This document shows, one piece after another, positions 26,793 to 36,204 of a stretch of DNA of 50,054 bases. Location: positions 1 through 50,054 of the IMG/VR virus record IMGVR_UViG_3300020358_000009. One strand, written 5' to 3'. Under the pieces are notes generated by a model. It did not search any database. It saw only the letters and a program-made list of their open reading frames with translations, and was not told where the DNA came from. Position numbers and translations under genes: made by a program. Position 1 is the stretch's first letter. Every line of letters starts with the position of its first letter. The stretch is from a virus. Lineage: Duplodnaviria > Caudoviricetes.

Positions 26793-29700
26793 ATGGACGA
26801 AGAGATTTTAAAAAACATATGGAACGCATTATCTAGTGACAAAAAAACAGAAAGTGATTTTGAAACTTGGAAGTCAAACTTTTCAGGAAACTCTGAAGTT
26901 CAAGACAATGTTCATGTATATCTTACTCAAAAAGGATATACTAAAAATGACCTTGAAACTTGGAGAACTAATCTGGGAATAAAAAAAAAAGACAATTCCG
27001 ATTTCACTTCAGAAGAGGTCGTTACGGAATCCACTACAGATGTGGAAACAAATCCGTCCTCCTTGGACTCTTCTTCAACAACAACAAGCGTTGATGTACC
27101 TTTAATAGAAGAGACTTTAATTGACTTTCCTAATGCGCCAGAAAGAAAAGGTGTGTTAGAAAATGAAGATGGTTCTGTATCTACACATAAAATGAAAACC
27201 GAAACCTTAGATGGTAAGAATTGGGTTTCATTCCCTACAATATTTCAAAATGAGAACGGAGAGTTTGTTGACATGTCTGAGCAAGCAGAATCAGATTGGA
27301 AATCTGTTTACGAAGAAGCTAAAAAAAGAGGAGAGGTTATTGATTTTTTAGAAGATAAAGATTCAGCTATTAAATATGGAGAAGGAGCTTGGAAGCAAAA
27401 ATACAATGCCAATAAAAAAAATAACTTACTTGAAGAATCAGGATATTTAGCATATGCAAATGACCCTGAAAGAAAGAAGTTTATGTCAATACTTGATAAC
27501 GAAGAATTAAGTGCCAATCTACCTGATTACGTTAAAAAAGACTATGAAAAACAATACGGATTTGTTAACCCTGAAACAGGGGAAACAGAGTTTAAAAAAG
27601 AATCCGAAATAAACCCAAGTTTATTAGAAGCTATAAAAGAACATGATTCCATGACTGGAGAAGTAAAAGCTCCTAACTATGTTGACGTTGATATTGATGA
27701 TGACGATTACAGTAAGCTAGGAAATAATGTAAAAAATATTCTTAGAAAGCAAGAGATAGATGTAGAAGATTATTTAAAATGGCAAAAGAAAAACACACGA
27801 AATGAAACAAAAGTTTATAAGTGGATGAAAACCCTTTTGCCAAATGAGGAAGGTGATCAATATTTCGAAGAAAAAAATGCCTATGAAAAAGTACAATCTT
27901 ATAAAACAGCTCAGCTAAATCAAATAACTAAACGATTGGAAAAAATCCAATCTACTATGAATTTGACCTCAGACAGGAATGAATTGAGAGAGCTTGAGAA
28001 ACAAGCAGATGAAGTTAGAAAAGAGTTTTATGCTAAAGTACAATCAGTTACTGAGACTATAAATTACTTTCCTAAATTTAAAGAATATACAGAAGATGCT
28101 GACTTAAGAAGAAGAAAAGCAATGTATAAGGCTGCTCAAGAAGGTGGTTTGTCTGAGGGAGGTCAAGCAATGGTTGAGTTGGCTGCTGTAACAGGTAATG
28201 GTCTTGTAGGATTTGCTACAGATTTTTTTGGTGGAATACCTGGTTTTTTTGACCAAAGAATTGCTACTCTAGGTGGAGAAAATAAGTTTGATGGTAAAGG
28301 AGTATTAAAAGGTCTTGAAGAAATGTTTACAGACTCTGCAGAAAGCTTAGAGGGAGAAACAGGGGCTGTACAGAGACAGGCGTTTATAGAGGGTAAGCCT
28401 GTTTTTCAAGGAGGAAATCGATATATTGTTGATGGTAACGGAACTGTATATGACCAAAACACCAACATAAGAATGGATGGCATCATTCCAAGTGAAACGA
28501 TTAAGAAAATTGTAAGCTTATCCAAGGATGTAACAGAAACTGAAGTTAATTGGACAGGAGGAGCAGTACTTCAAGGCGGTGTAAGTACACTTGTAAATTT
28601 ATTTGCATTAATAAGAACAGGTGGTAAAGTAAAAGGCGCTCTTGGATTAAAGGGAAAAAAAGCAGGATCAATAGGAATGGGTATTTCCTCATTTGTTTCT
28701 AGTGTTGCAGGTAATGTAGAGGATGTACGCTCTCAATTAGTGGCTTCAGGAATGAGTGAAAAGGAGGCGTTAGATATTTCTGTTAATGCAGGTCAAGCAA
28801 TAGCCACTCTTGATGGTATTTTCTCAGGACTAGCAGGAGGAAACGAAAAACTTCTTGTTGGTTTTCAAGGAATTAAAGACCAAATTAAAAACTTAGCAGT
28901 AAAAGAAGGTAAAAAGTTTACAGTAAAACAACTTGTAGATAAGGGTAAAGGCTTAGTAAAAGAAAACGCTAAGGAGCTTTTTATTGAAGAGCTTCCAGTT
29001 TATTTTTCAGAGAAAGGCATAAATCACTTAGTAAATAGACATATTGGAAATGATGTTTTAAATGATAAAATAACAAGAGCAGGGATTACAGAAACAGTAG
29101 TTATGACAGTAGGAGCTACCTCAACTTTAGGTGGTAAGAAATTATTGTCAGGAAATAAGAGAGCGAATTTAGTAAGATTAGCTGCAGCAAATGTACAAAA
29201 CTTACAAGCTACACTAGATGTTTTGGTTAAAGAAGGTTCTTTAACTCAAATAGAAGCTTCAAATGCTTACACAGAAATATACAATGCACAATCAGCTGAG
29301 TTAAAAACTCAAGGTACTGTTAAGATGACTGAAAACATTGAGCCTGCTGCTGATTTATTAACAGAAAGACAAAACTTAATAAATAAAAAACAAGGTTTAG
29401 AAGGCCCTGGCAAAGTTGATATTGATAAACAAATAGCAGCTGTTGACCAACAGTTAGACGCCCTGTATGAAAAAGATAAGATAGAAGTTCAAGAACAATT
29501 AAAAAAAGAAAACGATGCCATTCAAGAGCCAAGCACAGAGAAGCAAGTGTTACAAGATGATGCAGCAAGCAAAGAAGATGGGGCAGAAACCGAAGTGGGA
29601 CTGCAACAAGTGGGAAAAGGAGACGTTGAGTCAGACACTACCCAAGAGGGTGACACCGAAACGGAAACAGAAACCGACCAAGCTATCGACACGACTACGC

Positions 29701-32700
29701 AGACAGATACTGAACAGTTAACAGACACCACTTCTGAAACAGAAGTGATGAGTGTGAACAAGGAAAGAGTAGACTCTATTGTTGATGGTATAGTTGAGAA
29801 AACAAAAAGCCGAAACGTAGGAAAAAGCACTAACCCACAAAAAGTTGCAGACAACGCAATTGAATATATAAAAGGTTCTAAGTTATTTGAACAGTCAAAT
29901 GATATAGAAAGAGAAAATATTATTAGAGATGTTAGCAAACAACTAGGCGTAGAAATTAAAGCTCCTACTGCCAAGAAATTATTAGGCATAAAAAGAATAG
30001 GAAAGCCTAAGACTATTAAAGTAAAAAGTGACTATGCTGCAATGAAGAAAGATCTTCAGAAAGAAGCTAAGGTTGCTAGAGATGCTAAAAACGATGTAAA
30101 CAGCAGAAGAAAGGGTTTACAGAATGCTATAGATTTAGTTGTTAAAGCAGGTAACATTAGTACTAAGAAAGCAAACTCATTGCTTAAAAAAGTTTCTAAT
30201 GTAAATCTTTATAACGCTAAAAAGGTTCAGGACGTAATAGACTTTACTACAAAAGCCATGAATGATGCTGAGTATTCTAAAAAGTTAGATAAGGCAAAGT
30301 CAATTCAGAAGGCTATTAAGAAAAAACTAAAAGGCAAAGAAGCAGGTTTATCAGATTCTGCTAAAAAGTTTAGTGAAGTTAATCCGAGTAATGTAGCTGA
30401 TATCGATGTGTATTTAGAAAAGGCTACTGAAGTAAGCAAGGGATTACAACCAACTAGAAAACCATCTAAGGGGAAACTTAAAGTAAGTAAACCTTTTGAT
30501 ATTAAAAAAATGGACGAGTACTCCAAGAAAGAAGTAGAGTTAGAAGCAGAAAGAAACTATGAGCTTGCAAAAGAATCTTTTCAAGAACTTACAGGTCTAG
30601 AGCCAGGAGATTTAACTCTTGACCAAATGAAAGATATGATGTATGAGATAGATGGAGTTAAAACAGACTCTGAATCTGACAATAAAACATTAAAAAAGAA
30701 GGAAGCTGTAATTGATAAAGCTGTAAAAAACGCATTTAAGAATACTAAAATAAACATAAAAGGTGCTATAGAGTCAGGAGATATAAAGGTTACTAAAGAA
30801 CAAAAGACTTTGATTGACAAATTCCTAAATATGGATTTAGATTTAATGACTACTAAGCAAAAAATGGAGGCACTAGATTCAATCATAAACTTCGAACTTA
30901 ATCAATCAACAGGTGGAATGGATGCTGTGTTTAGTCAGCAGGTTGGTGCTGTTAAGATGAATAAAGCAAAAAATCAAAAAATTGAAACACCTAAGAATCC
31001 AAAACTTTTTGGGCTAGGAAGTGTGTGGAATAAATATATATCAACACTACCTAATGTATTTGAACTTGCTTTTAAATCACAAAAGAAAGCTAGGATTATA
31101 ATGGATGCCATAGGTTTAAATGGGATAATAAATGGTAGTGCAAAAGCTCAAACCGAAGGTGCTAATACAGAAAAAGATTATGCGAATGCTTTTTCAAAAA
31201 AGAAAATGCAAGATGGTATATACTTTGACGAAGCTAATGATACTGAAAGAGCGATACTAGCAGATGTAAGGAGATTTACTCCAGGGACAGAGGCTGAACA
31301 GCAAAAAGAATTTGATGATAGTAAGAATCTTATTAAGGAAACTTACGAAAGACTTATGGAGTCAGGGGACAAGTTAAAAGTTAAAAAAGGTGAAATTGTT
31401 AAAGCTCAATATGACAAACTTTTAAAAGACTCTAACTCTATAGCAGATGTTGAAAGTAAAGTAGATCCTGTAAATTTAGAAGGAGTAAAATATGTTACAG
31501 AGATTTGGTCTAAGAAGTATAATGATTTAGCAAATGTTTCCTTAAACATATACAATAGAAATTTAGGAAAAGACGTTAATTATACACCAAGAAACATAAG
31601 AAATGTAGCTCAAGTAGAGCCTGAAGTAGATATTACTCAACCTGTATTTAATCCAGAAGGGTTACAGAGAAAGAATGCTTACGATAAAAAAACAGGTGTT
31701 TTAAAAGAAGCAACTAAACCTTCAAGCTTAGGGAAGGGGAAAGTTTTAAATTTAAGTTTTGATTCACAAAACATGAGCAACTACAAAGCTGCTTTAACTG
31801 ATATTTATACAGCATCTTCAATACAACAAGTAAAAGGTGCAAGAGATTCAAAAGCTTTTAATGAAGTTTTTACAGACCCTGAATCAAGAGATATAATAAA
31901 CAAAAGAATTAATGGATACGTTGATACTAAGAGAGGTAAAAATTACATTGATGGAAAAAGTAAAAGAGCTTTAAATCGTTTGAACAAATTAGCTACGCTA
32001 GGTGTGGCTAGAGTTTTAGGTGGGCCTACTCAGATGCTAAAGCAAATTGTTCCAATATTCAATACAGGTGTAAATGCAGGTGTTGTAAATACTTTAGAAG
32101 GAGCAAAGCTAATGTTTAACCCTGATGTTAGAAAAGCAATAAATGAATCAGGACTTCCAATTGCAAATAGAGGTATATCATCTCAAACAGATATTGAGAA
32201 TGCAGATAGTAGGATTGCAAAAAAAGCAAACACATTTGAAGGTAAGGCTATTGATATAGCTGATTCTGTAAATAAAAAGACATTAGAGATTTTCTTAGTT
32301 AATCCTGATGTTGCTACTGCTAAAGCTTCTTTTATTGCTTACTATTTGAACGCAATGAATAAGAAAGGCGTTAAAACAAGCGAGGTAGATTTTACAAAAC
32401 CTCTTGATAAAGAAGCTGCACAATTTGCACAGCAACAAGTAGATAGACAGCAAAACACATCTGACCAAGATTTGCAAGGAGATTTATTTACTAGTCAAAA
32501 ATTTGGCCCACAATTAGTTCGTAAAACATTATTTCCCTTTGCAAACTTCTTGTTAAATCAAAAAACAAGAATGTATTCTGACATTAATACCTTGTATAAT
32601 AACCCTACAGCTGAACCTGGTGCAAAGAAAAGAGCAATACAATCGTTAGTAGGATTAGGTCTTGAGACAACGGTGTTTAATTCAATTGGATTAGGAATTA

Positions 32701-33410
32701 CTCAGGCCATGGCTGCCGCTGCTAGAGCTTTATCAGGAGAGGATGAAGAACTAGGGTTAGAAGCGGATATGAAGCGTGAAGAAAGAGATGAAAAAGATTT
32801 TATGAACAGGGTTAAAGGAAGAACAGGAAATATGATTGCTGATATTGTTTCTCCTATACCTGTGCTTAATGACCAACTTTTAGATAAGATTAATGGAGTT
32901 ATGGGTATATTTCAAGATGATGAAAAAGACCCTTGGAAGTTTTTTTCCAAGACAGATAAAGGAATAAATGAAAGACTAGGTGTTTTAGGAATAGGTATTA
33001 AAAAGGGAGCAATACTTACAGACATGATTAAAACAATTGTTACAGGTGAAAAAACCACAGAGTATATGGGTAAGAAGAGTACGAAAAAGATTGAACCTGA
33101 TAAACTTGAAACTTTAAAGGGAATTGCAATGGCATATACTCTTCACTTGATAGGTGTTCCTATTTTAAACTCAACTGAAGTTGGTTACATTTCTGAAAGA
33201 GCTTATAAAAATATAGGTAAAATGAAAGAGAAAGAGCCTGAAACAATAAAGCCTATTACAATCAAGCAAATGGAAAAGATAAATCCAAAAAAGGCTGAAG
33301 CAATGAAACAAGAGGTAGCAAGAAAAAAGAGAATTCAAAAAGCTGACCCTAGATTAAATTTAGCTAAAAAAAGAAAAGAAGAAATATTGAGAAGAGTAGA
33401 CAGAAAGTAA
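26793..33410 (+). CDS. large internal virion/ejection protein (2205 aa)
   Basis: Last late gene; mostly helical with Gly-rich membrane-like segments. Confidence 0.7.
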   Translation: MDEEILKNIWNALSSDKKTESDFETWKSNFSGNSEVQDNVHVYLTQKGYTKNDLETWRTNLGIKKKDNSDFTSEEVVTESTTDVETNPSSLDSSSTTTSVDVPLIEETLIDFPNAPERKGVLENEDGSVSTHKMKTETLDGKNWVSFPTIFQNENGEFVDMSEQAESDWKSVYEEAKKRGEVIDFLEDKDSAIKYGEGAWKQKYNANKKNNLLEESGYLAYANDPERKKFMSILDNEELSANLPDYVKKDYEKQYGFVNPETGETEFKKESEINPSLLEAIKEHDSMTGEVKAPNYVDVDIDDDDYSKLGNNVKNILRKQEIDVEDYLKWQKKNTRNETKVYKWMKTLLPNEEGDQYFEEKNAYEKVQSYKTAQLNQITKRLEKIQSTMNLTSDRNELRELEKQADEVRKEFYAKVQSVTETINYFPKFKEYTEDADLRRRKAMYKAAQEGGLSEGGQAMVELAAVTGNGLVGFATDFFGGIPGFFDQRIATLGGENKFDGKGVLKGLEEMFTDSAESLEGETGAVQRQAFIEGKPVFQGGNRYIVDGNGTVYDQNTNIRMDGIIPSETIKKIVSLSKDVTETEVNWTGGAVLQGGVSTLVNLFALIRTGGKVKGALGLKGKKAGSIGMGISSFVSSVAGNVEDVRSQLVASGMSEKEALDISVNAGQAIATLDGIFSGLAGGNEKLLVGFQGIKDQIKNLAVKEGKKFTVKQLVDKGKGLVKENAKELFIEELPVYFSEKGINHLVNRHIGNDVLNDKITRAGITETVVMTVGATSTLGGKKLLSGNKRANLVRLAAANVQNLQATLDVLVKEGSLTQIEASNAYTEIYNAQSAELKTQGTVKMTENIEPAADLLTERQNLINKKQGLEGPGKVDIDKQIAAVDQQLDALYEKDKIEVQEQLKKENDAIQEPSTEKQVLQDDAASKEDGAETEVGLQQVGKGDVESDTTQEGDTETETETDQAIDTTTQTDTEQLTDTTSETEVMSVNKERVDSIVDGIVEKTKSRNVGKSTNPQKVADNAIEYIKGSKLFEQSNDIERENIIRDVSKQLGVEIKAPTAKKLLGIKRIGKPKTIKVKSDYAAMKKDLQKEAKVARDAKNDVNSRRKGLQNAIDLVVKAGNISTKKANSLLKKVSNVNLYNAKKVQDVIDFTTKAMNDAEYSKKLDKAKSIQKAIKKKLKGKEAGLSDSAKKFSEVNPSNVADIDVYLEKATEVSKGLQPTRKPSKGKLKVSKPFDIKKMDEYSKKEVELEAERNYELAKESFQELTGLEPGDLTLDQMKDMMYEIDGVKTDSESDNKTLKKKEAVIDKAVKNAFKNTKINIKGAIESGDIKVTKEQKTLIDKFLNMDLDLMTTKQKMEALDSIINFELNQSTGGMDAVFSQQVGAVKMNKAKNQKIETPKNPKLFGLGSVWNKYISTLPNVFELAFKSQKKARIIMDAIGLNGIINGSAKAQTEGANTEKDYANAFSKKKMQDGIYFDEANDTERAILADVRRFTPGTEAEQQKEFDDSKNLIKETYERLMESGDKLKVKKGEIVKAQYDKLLKDSNSIADVESKVDPVNLEGVKYVTEIWSKKYNDLANVSLNIYNRNLGKDVNYTPRNIRNVAQVEPEVDITQPVFNPEGLQRKNAYDKKTGVLKEATKPSSLGKGKVLNLSFDSQNMSNYKAALTDIYTASSIQQVKGARDSKAFNEVFTDPESRDIINKRINGYVDTKRGKNYIDGKSKRALNRLNKLATLGVARVLGGPTQMLKQIVPIFNTGVNAGVVNTLEGAKLMFNPDVRKAINESGLPIANRGISSQTDIENADSRIAKKANTFEGKAIDIADSVNKKTLEIFLVNPDVATAKASFIAYYLNAMNKKGVKTSEVDFTKPLDKEAAQFAQQQVDRQQNTSDQDLQGDLFTSQKFGPQLVRKTLFPFANFLLNQKTRMYSDINTLYNNPTAEPGAKKRAIQSLVGLGLETTVFNSIGLGITQAMAAAARALSGEDEELGLEADMKREERDEKDFMNRVKGRTGNMIADIVSPIPVLNDQLLDKINGVMGIFQDDEKDPWKFFSKTDKGINERLGVLGIGIKKGAILTDMIKTIVTGEKTTEYMGKKSTKKIEPDKLETLKGIAMAYTLHLIGVPILNSTEVGYISERAYKNIGKMKEKEPETIKPITIKQMEKINPKKAEAMKQEVARKKRIQKADPRLNLAKKRKEEILRRVDRK
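26981..27030 (+). other. candidate -1 frameshift signal (A10 run plus downstream stem)
   Basis: ATA AAA AAA AAA GAC followed by the ATTCCG...CGGAAT stem; -1 frame stays open to TGA 27092-27094. Confidence 0.5.
29515..29721 (+). CDS. nested +1-frame small basic protein (MPFKSQAQR family-like)
   Basis: A-rich start context with A at -3; sequence resembles stand-alone small phage proteins; local GC about 50%. Confidence 0.6.
   Translation: MPFKSQAQRSKCYKMMQQAKKMGQKPKWDCNKWEKETLSQTLPKRVTPKRKQKPTKLSTRLRRQILNS
29747..29760 (+). repeat. GATGAGTGTGAACA repeat, copy 1
   Basis: Exact 14-mer also at 41534, 46299 and inverted at 37999. Confidence 0.85.
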
Positions 33411-33530
33411 CTACTTACTTGTATTTTCTTTAGGCTGATCTAATAATTGCTGAAGCTTTCTTATTAATTTATAATTAGGTTTTGGCTTGAGCTTTTCTTT
33501 AATAATCTGACTTGTTATGTGTTCTTTCAT
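33411..33530 (-). CDS. small basic hypothetical protein (39 aa, MKEHITSQIIKEKLK...)
   Basis: Read manually; overlaps the DUF5664 gene end; its stop abuts the late-gene stop. Confidence 0.5.
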   Translation of the reverse strand: MKEHITSQIIKEKLKPKPNYKLIRKLQQLLDQPKENTSK

Positions 33531-33831
33531 TTTCTATTTCTTTTTGTAGGTTAGCTAAGGCTCTCCAAGCTACCTTAGCCGAGTGTCTTATTCCATCTGC
33601 ATCTACAGTACCACATTCCATTAAGTGCCTTGTAAGGGCATCTAATTCGTCTCCTGACTTATCTCTGTCCCAATGTAATGGAAGGTCAGGGTTGTGTTGT
33701 TTTTGTCCTGCGTGACTGCATTGAGCTATTTCTCTTATAGCATCAGGGAAGTACATTAAAACTCCTGTATAGACTGGAGTTTCTTTTCTGTCTCTTGCTT
33801 TGTCCATAAATCGCCATTCTGGTTTAATCAT
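33499..33831 (-). CDS. dATP/dGTP diphosphohydrolase-like protein (DUF5664)
   Basis: YFPDAI...S..G..QH....LHWDR.KS.D..DAL.RHL...D..H.AKVAWRALA; start 33831 is coupled to the upstream stop. Confidence 0.75.
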   Translation of the reverse strand: MIKPEWRFMDKARDRKETPVYTGVLMYFPDAIREIAQCSHAGQKQHNPDLPLHWDRDKSGDELDALTRHLMECGTVDADGIRHSAKVAWRALANLQKEIENERTHNKSDY

Positions 33832-34847
33832 TAAAATATATGTGTTAGTCTTGCAACTTGACCATGTTCTTTGGAGTGTATGAAACCTTCTACTGCTTTT
33901 ACACCACCTACTCCATATCCGTTTCTGTGATGCCAAGAGTCTGTTCCACTAGGTGATCGTAAAGACTCTACCGTAATTCCATGATAGTCTTTACTAGACT
34001 TGTGGTGTATATGGTGAGTATAAACATATCTGTGTTTTGTTTCTGCCCATTCTTTAGAAAACTCATTAGCCATAATTAATGGAAGGTCAGCCAACTTAGC
34101 ACCATCTCCATGCGTAGTTCCTATAAGGTTTTCTCCGTACTTGAATCCTTTTCTATGAGCAATACTGCAATCAAATGTAATGTTCTTGCACTTTCTAAAC
34201 CAAGACTGTATTGAATCAGATAACATGAATCCAGACATATAATCATGATTGCTTGGATTGTATACAAAGTGTACGTCCGCAACACTTATTAATGTTTCTA
34301 GTATATCTACATAAAGTTTTTTGGCTGTAAGAAAATTATCATACCACATTCCATGCGTATCTTGAGGAGTTCCTGCTGTAGTAACTCGTTTAGGTGTGTC
34401 TATATGGAGTATATCATTACCTCCAACAAAAAGTATTTTATCTATTTTAAATCCGTTTGACTTTTGAAGTATGCCTTTGACACCTTTTTTGACTCTCTTT
34501 ACAGCTATCTGCGAATCATAATCTTCACCTGTTTCAAAACTACTAGATAGTTTTCCAATATGAATATCTGCAGGATCAATAACTAGCAAGTGTCCGTTTT
34601 CGCTTTTAGTTCTTTTAATTTTTTTGTAGGAAGGCGAATGTTCATCCATTGCCTTAATAATATCATCTCTAAGTTCTTCTGGTGATACTCCTTTGTTTTT
34701 TACGTGTAAAGAGAAGTGTTTTCCTTTGTGCCAGTAATGGTCTACATCTTTCATTGGAATACCCATTGCCTTACATTCTCTCTGCAAAGCTCTATCCTTT
34801 TGAATTATATCATTCTCTCGCTCTGTTAATCTAGGTCTATATTTCAT
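33831..34847 (-). CDS. calcineurin-like metallophosphoesterase
   Basis: DIHIG, GND..H.D, SNHD, HGD, HHIHH motifs. Confidence 0.85.
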   Translation of the reverse strand: MKYRPRLTERENDIIQKDRALQRECKAMGIPMKDVDHYWHKGKHFSLHVKNKGVSPEELRDDIIKAMDEHSPSYKKIKRTKSENGHLLVIDPADIHIGKLSSSFETGEDYDSQIAVKRVKKGVKGILQKSNGFKIDKILFVGGNDILHIDTPKRVTTAGTPQDTHGMWYDNFLTAKKLYVDILETLISVADVHFVYNPSNHDYMSGFMLSDSIQSWFRKCKNITFDCSIAHRKGFKYGENLIGTTHGDGAKLADLPLIMANEFSKEWAETKHRYVYTHHIHHKSSKDYHGITVESLRSPSGTDSWHHRNGYGVGGVKAVEGFIHSKEHGQVARLTHIF

Positions 34848-35025
34848 CTTCTGTTAATTTTTGCGTTTCACGCAAAACAGATTGAAGCTCTTTGATGCTG
34901 GAGTTTAAAGAATTGTAATCCTCATCCATCAATGATTCGTAGATGTCATCGGTTAGATTGTTAATGTTTTTCATTAACAAATTAATAAAGTTTATTGAGT
35001 TTCGACTGTTCTTGTGTATCGACAT
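34837..35025 (-). CDS. hypothetical protein
   Basis: ORF overlapping the next gene start. Confidence 0.65.
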   Translation of the reverse strand: MSIHKNSRNSINFINLLMKNINNLTDDIYESLMDEDYNSLNSSIKELQSVLRETQKLTEDEI

Positions 35026-35078
35026 TTGTAATTCTGTTTCTGTAAGCTACAAATATTTGCTTAAAAGAAATGATAAAG

Positions 35079-35087
35079 TTATCCACA
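35079..35087 (+). promoter_or_regulatory. perfect DnaA box TTATCCACA
   Basis: Exact consensus in a short intergenic gap near a DnaA-domain gene. Confidence 0.4.
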
Positions 35088-35094
35088 ATAAGTC

Positions 35095-35325
35095 TTAATC
35101 CATGCTAGAAAGCAAGTGTTTTCCTGTACTTGGATTTATCTTTGCTACAGTTTTATAAATAGCTTTTGACTTTCTTTTTACCTCATCTCGTTCTGTTTTA
35201 GTCGAATCTGTACCCAAGTTTGTATACATTTCGCAATCAATTCTAAATAGTTCATCTATTTTCTTTCTGTCTGTCCAGGTTTTAAATTCTAAGACTTTTT
35301 CGATATCATTATACTTGTATTCCAT
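35095..35325 (-). CDS. hypothetical protein
   Basis: Good ORF; KIDEL.RIDC.MYTNLG motif. Confidence 0.75.
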   Translation of the reverse strand: MEYKYNDIEKVLEFKTWTDRKKIDELFRIDCEMYTNLGTDSTKTERDEVKRKSKAIYKTVAKINPSTGKHLLSSMD

Positions 35326-35331
35326 ATTTAA

Positions 35332-35688
35332 TTAAATTATTGTTAAAAACTCTTCTTGTAATTCTTGTATTTCTTTTAATATTTGTTCCTTTCTTAAATT
35401 TCCTGTAGCCAGTTGCTTAATTACCTTGTTGTATGTTTCTCTAAAAAAGGGATCTGTTTTAATTAAAAAGTCTACGTCTTTTATTCCATGCATAACGGAT
35501 GCGTGATTTTTATCAAACTCTTTTCCTATAACCTGAAACGGAAGTCCATGTATACTTCTAAGTATATGATATGCAATTCTTCTAGCATCTACATATTCTC
35601 GTTTCCTAGTCTTTTCTTTTATGTTTAAGACACCTGATGAATATTGAACAGCATCTATAACATACTCAAATAAATCTCCTCTTCTCAT
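35332..35688 (-). CDS. DnaA C-terminal (domain IV)-like HTH protein
   Basis: TRKREYVDARRIAY...IGKEFDKNHASVMHGIK matches the Bac_DnaA_C pattern. Confidence 0.8.
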   Translation of the reverse strand: MRRGDLFEYVIDAVQYSSGVLNIKEKTRKREYVDARRIAYHILRSIHGLPFQVIGKEFDKNHASVMHGIKDVDFLIKTDPFFRETYNKVIKQLATGNLRKEQILKEIQELQEEFLTII

Positions 35689-35996
35689 TTTATATTTATA
35701 TTAGCGTTAATTGAATCTAGATATTGGTCTACCTCTATATTATATACATCAATAAGAACAATAGGCCCTTCATCATCTCTATAATAATCTATAGCAAAAA
35801 ACACAGGCTCATTATTGTCCATGTTTACATGTCCTGTTTTGTTTCTAATCTGCCCATTAGTTGATTGAATACCATACATCTTATCAACTAAGCTTGCAAT
35901 TCTTATTGATGCTCCTCCTTTAAATTCTTGCATCTGTTCAATAAAATGCTCATCTATTTCAAATTCCTCCTCTGTATACTTCTGTTTTACACCCAT
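35685..35996 (-). CDS. hypothetical protein
   Basis: ORF within the operon; start uncertain. Confidence 0.6.
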   Translation of the reverse strand: MGVKQKYTEEEFEIDEHFIEQMQEFKGGASIRIASLVDKMYGIQSTNGQIRNKTGHVNMDNNEPVFFAIDYYRDDEGPIVLIDVYNIEVDQYLDSINANINIK

Positions 35997-36204
35997 GTTT
36001 TTCTAATTCTTTTAGTCTATATTCTTGTAGAGCAGACACCCTGCCCTTTGGCTTTTTTACTTCTGAAAATAACACACCACAATTAGGTGGTATGGCTATA
36101 AGATCAGGAATCCCATTCTTATTAGTCTTTACTAGCTTGATTACATAGTAACCTTCAGCTTCTAACTCTTTAATTCTTTTAGCTTGTATTTGTTGTTCAG
36201 TCAT
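35959..36204 (-). CDS. VRR-NUC / Holliday junction resolvase-like nuclease
   Basis: TEQQIQ...GIPDL...F.EVK..KGRVSALQ. Confidence 0.85.
   Translation of the reverse strand: MTEQQIQAKRIKELEAEGYYVIKLVKTNKNGIPDLIAIPPNCGVLFSEVKKPKGRVSALQEYRLKELEKHGCKTEVYRGGI

Noticed and set aside
27675-27710. DVDIDDDD as a crAss-type virion RNA polymerase DxDxD motif
   Set aside because: Lies in an acidic low-complexity patch without the surrounding double-psi barrel motifs
29522-29989. 155-aa antisense ORF overlapping the nested gene
   Set aside because: Ser/Val-rich shadow of the E/T/D linker; explained by plus-strand composition
33832-33936. N-terminal extensions in the ORF track (33936, 41520, 43665, 46659, 23353, 15322)
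   Set aside because: They overlap upstream genes, promoters or RNA structures; downstream ATGs give better coupling and context
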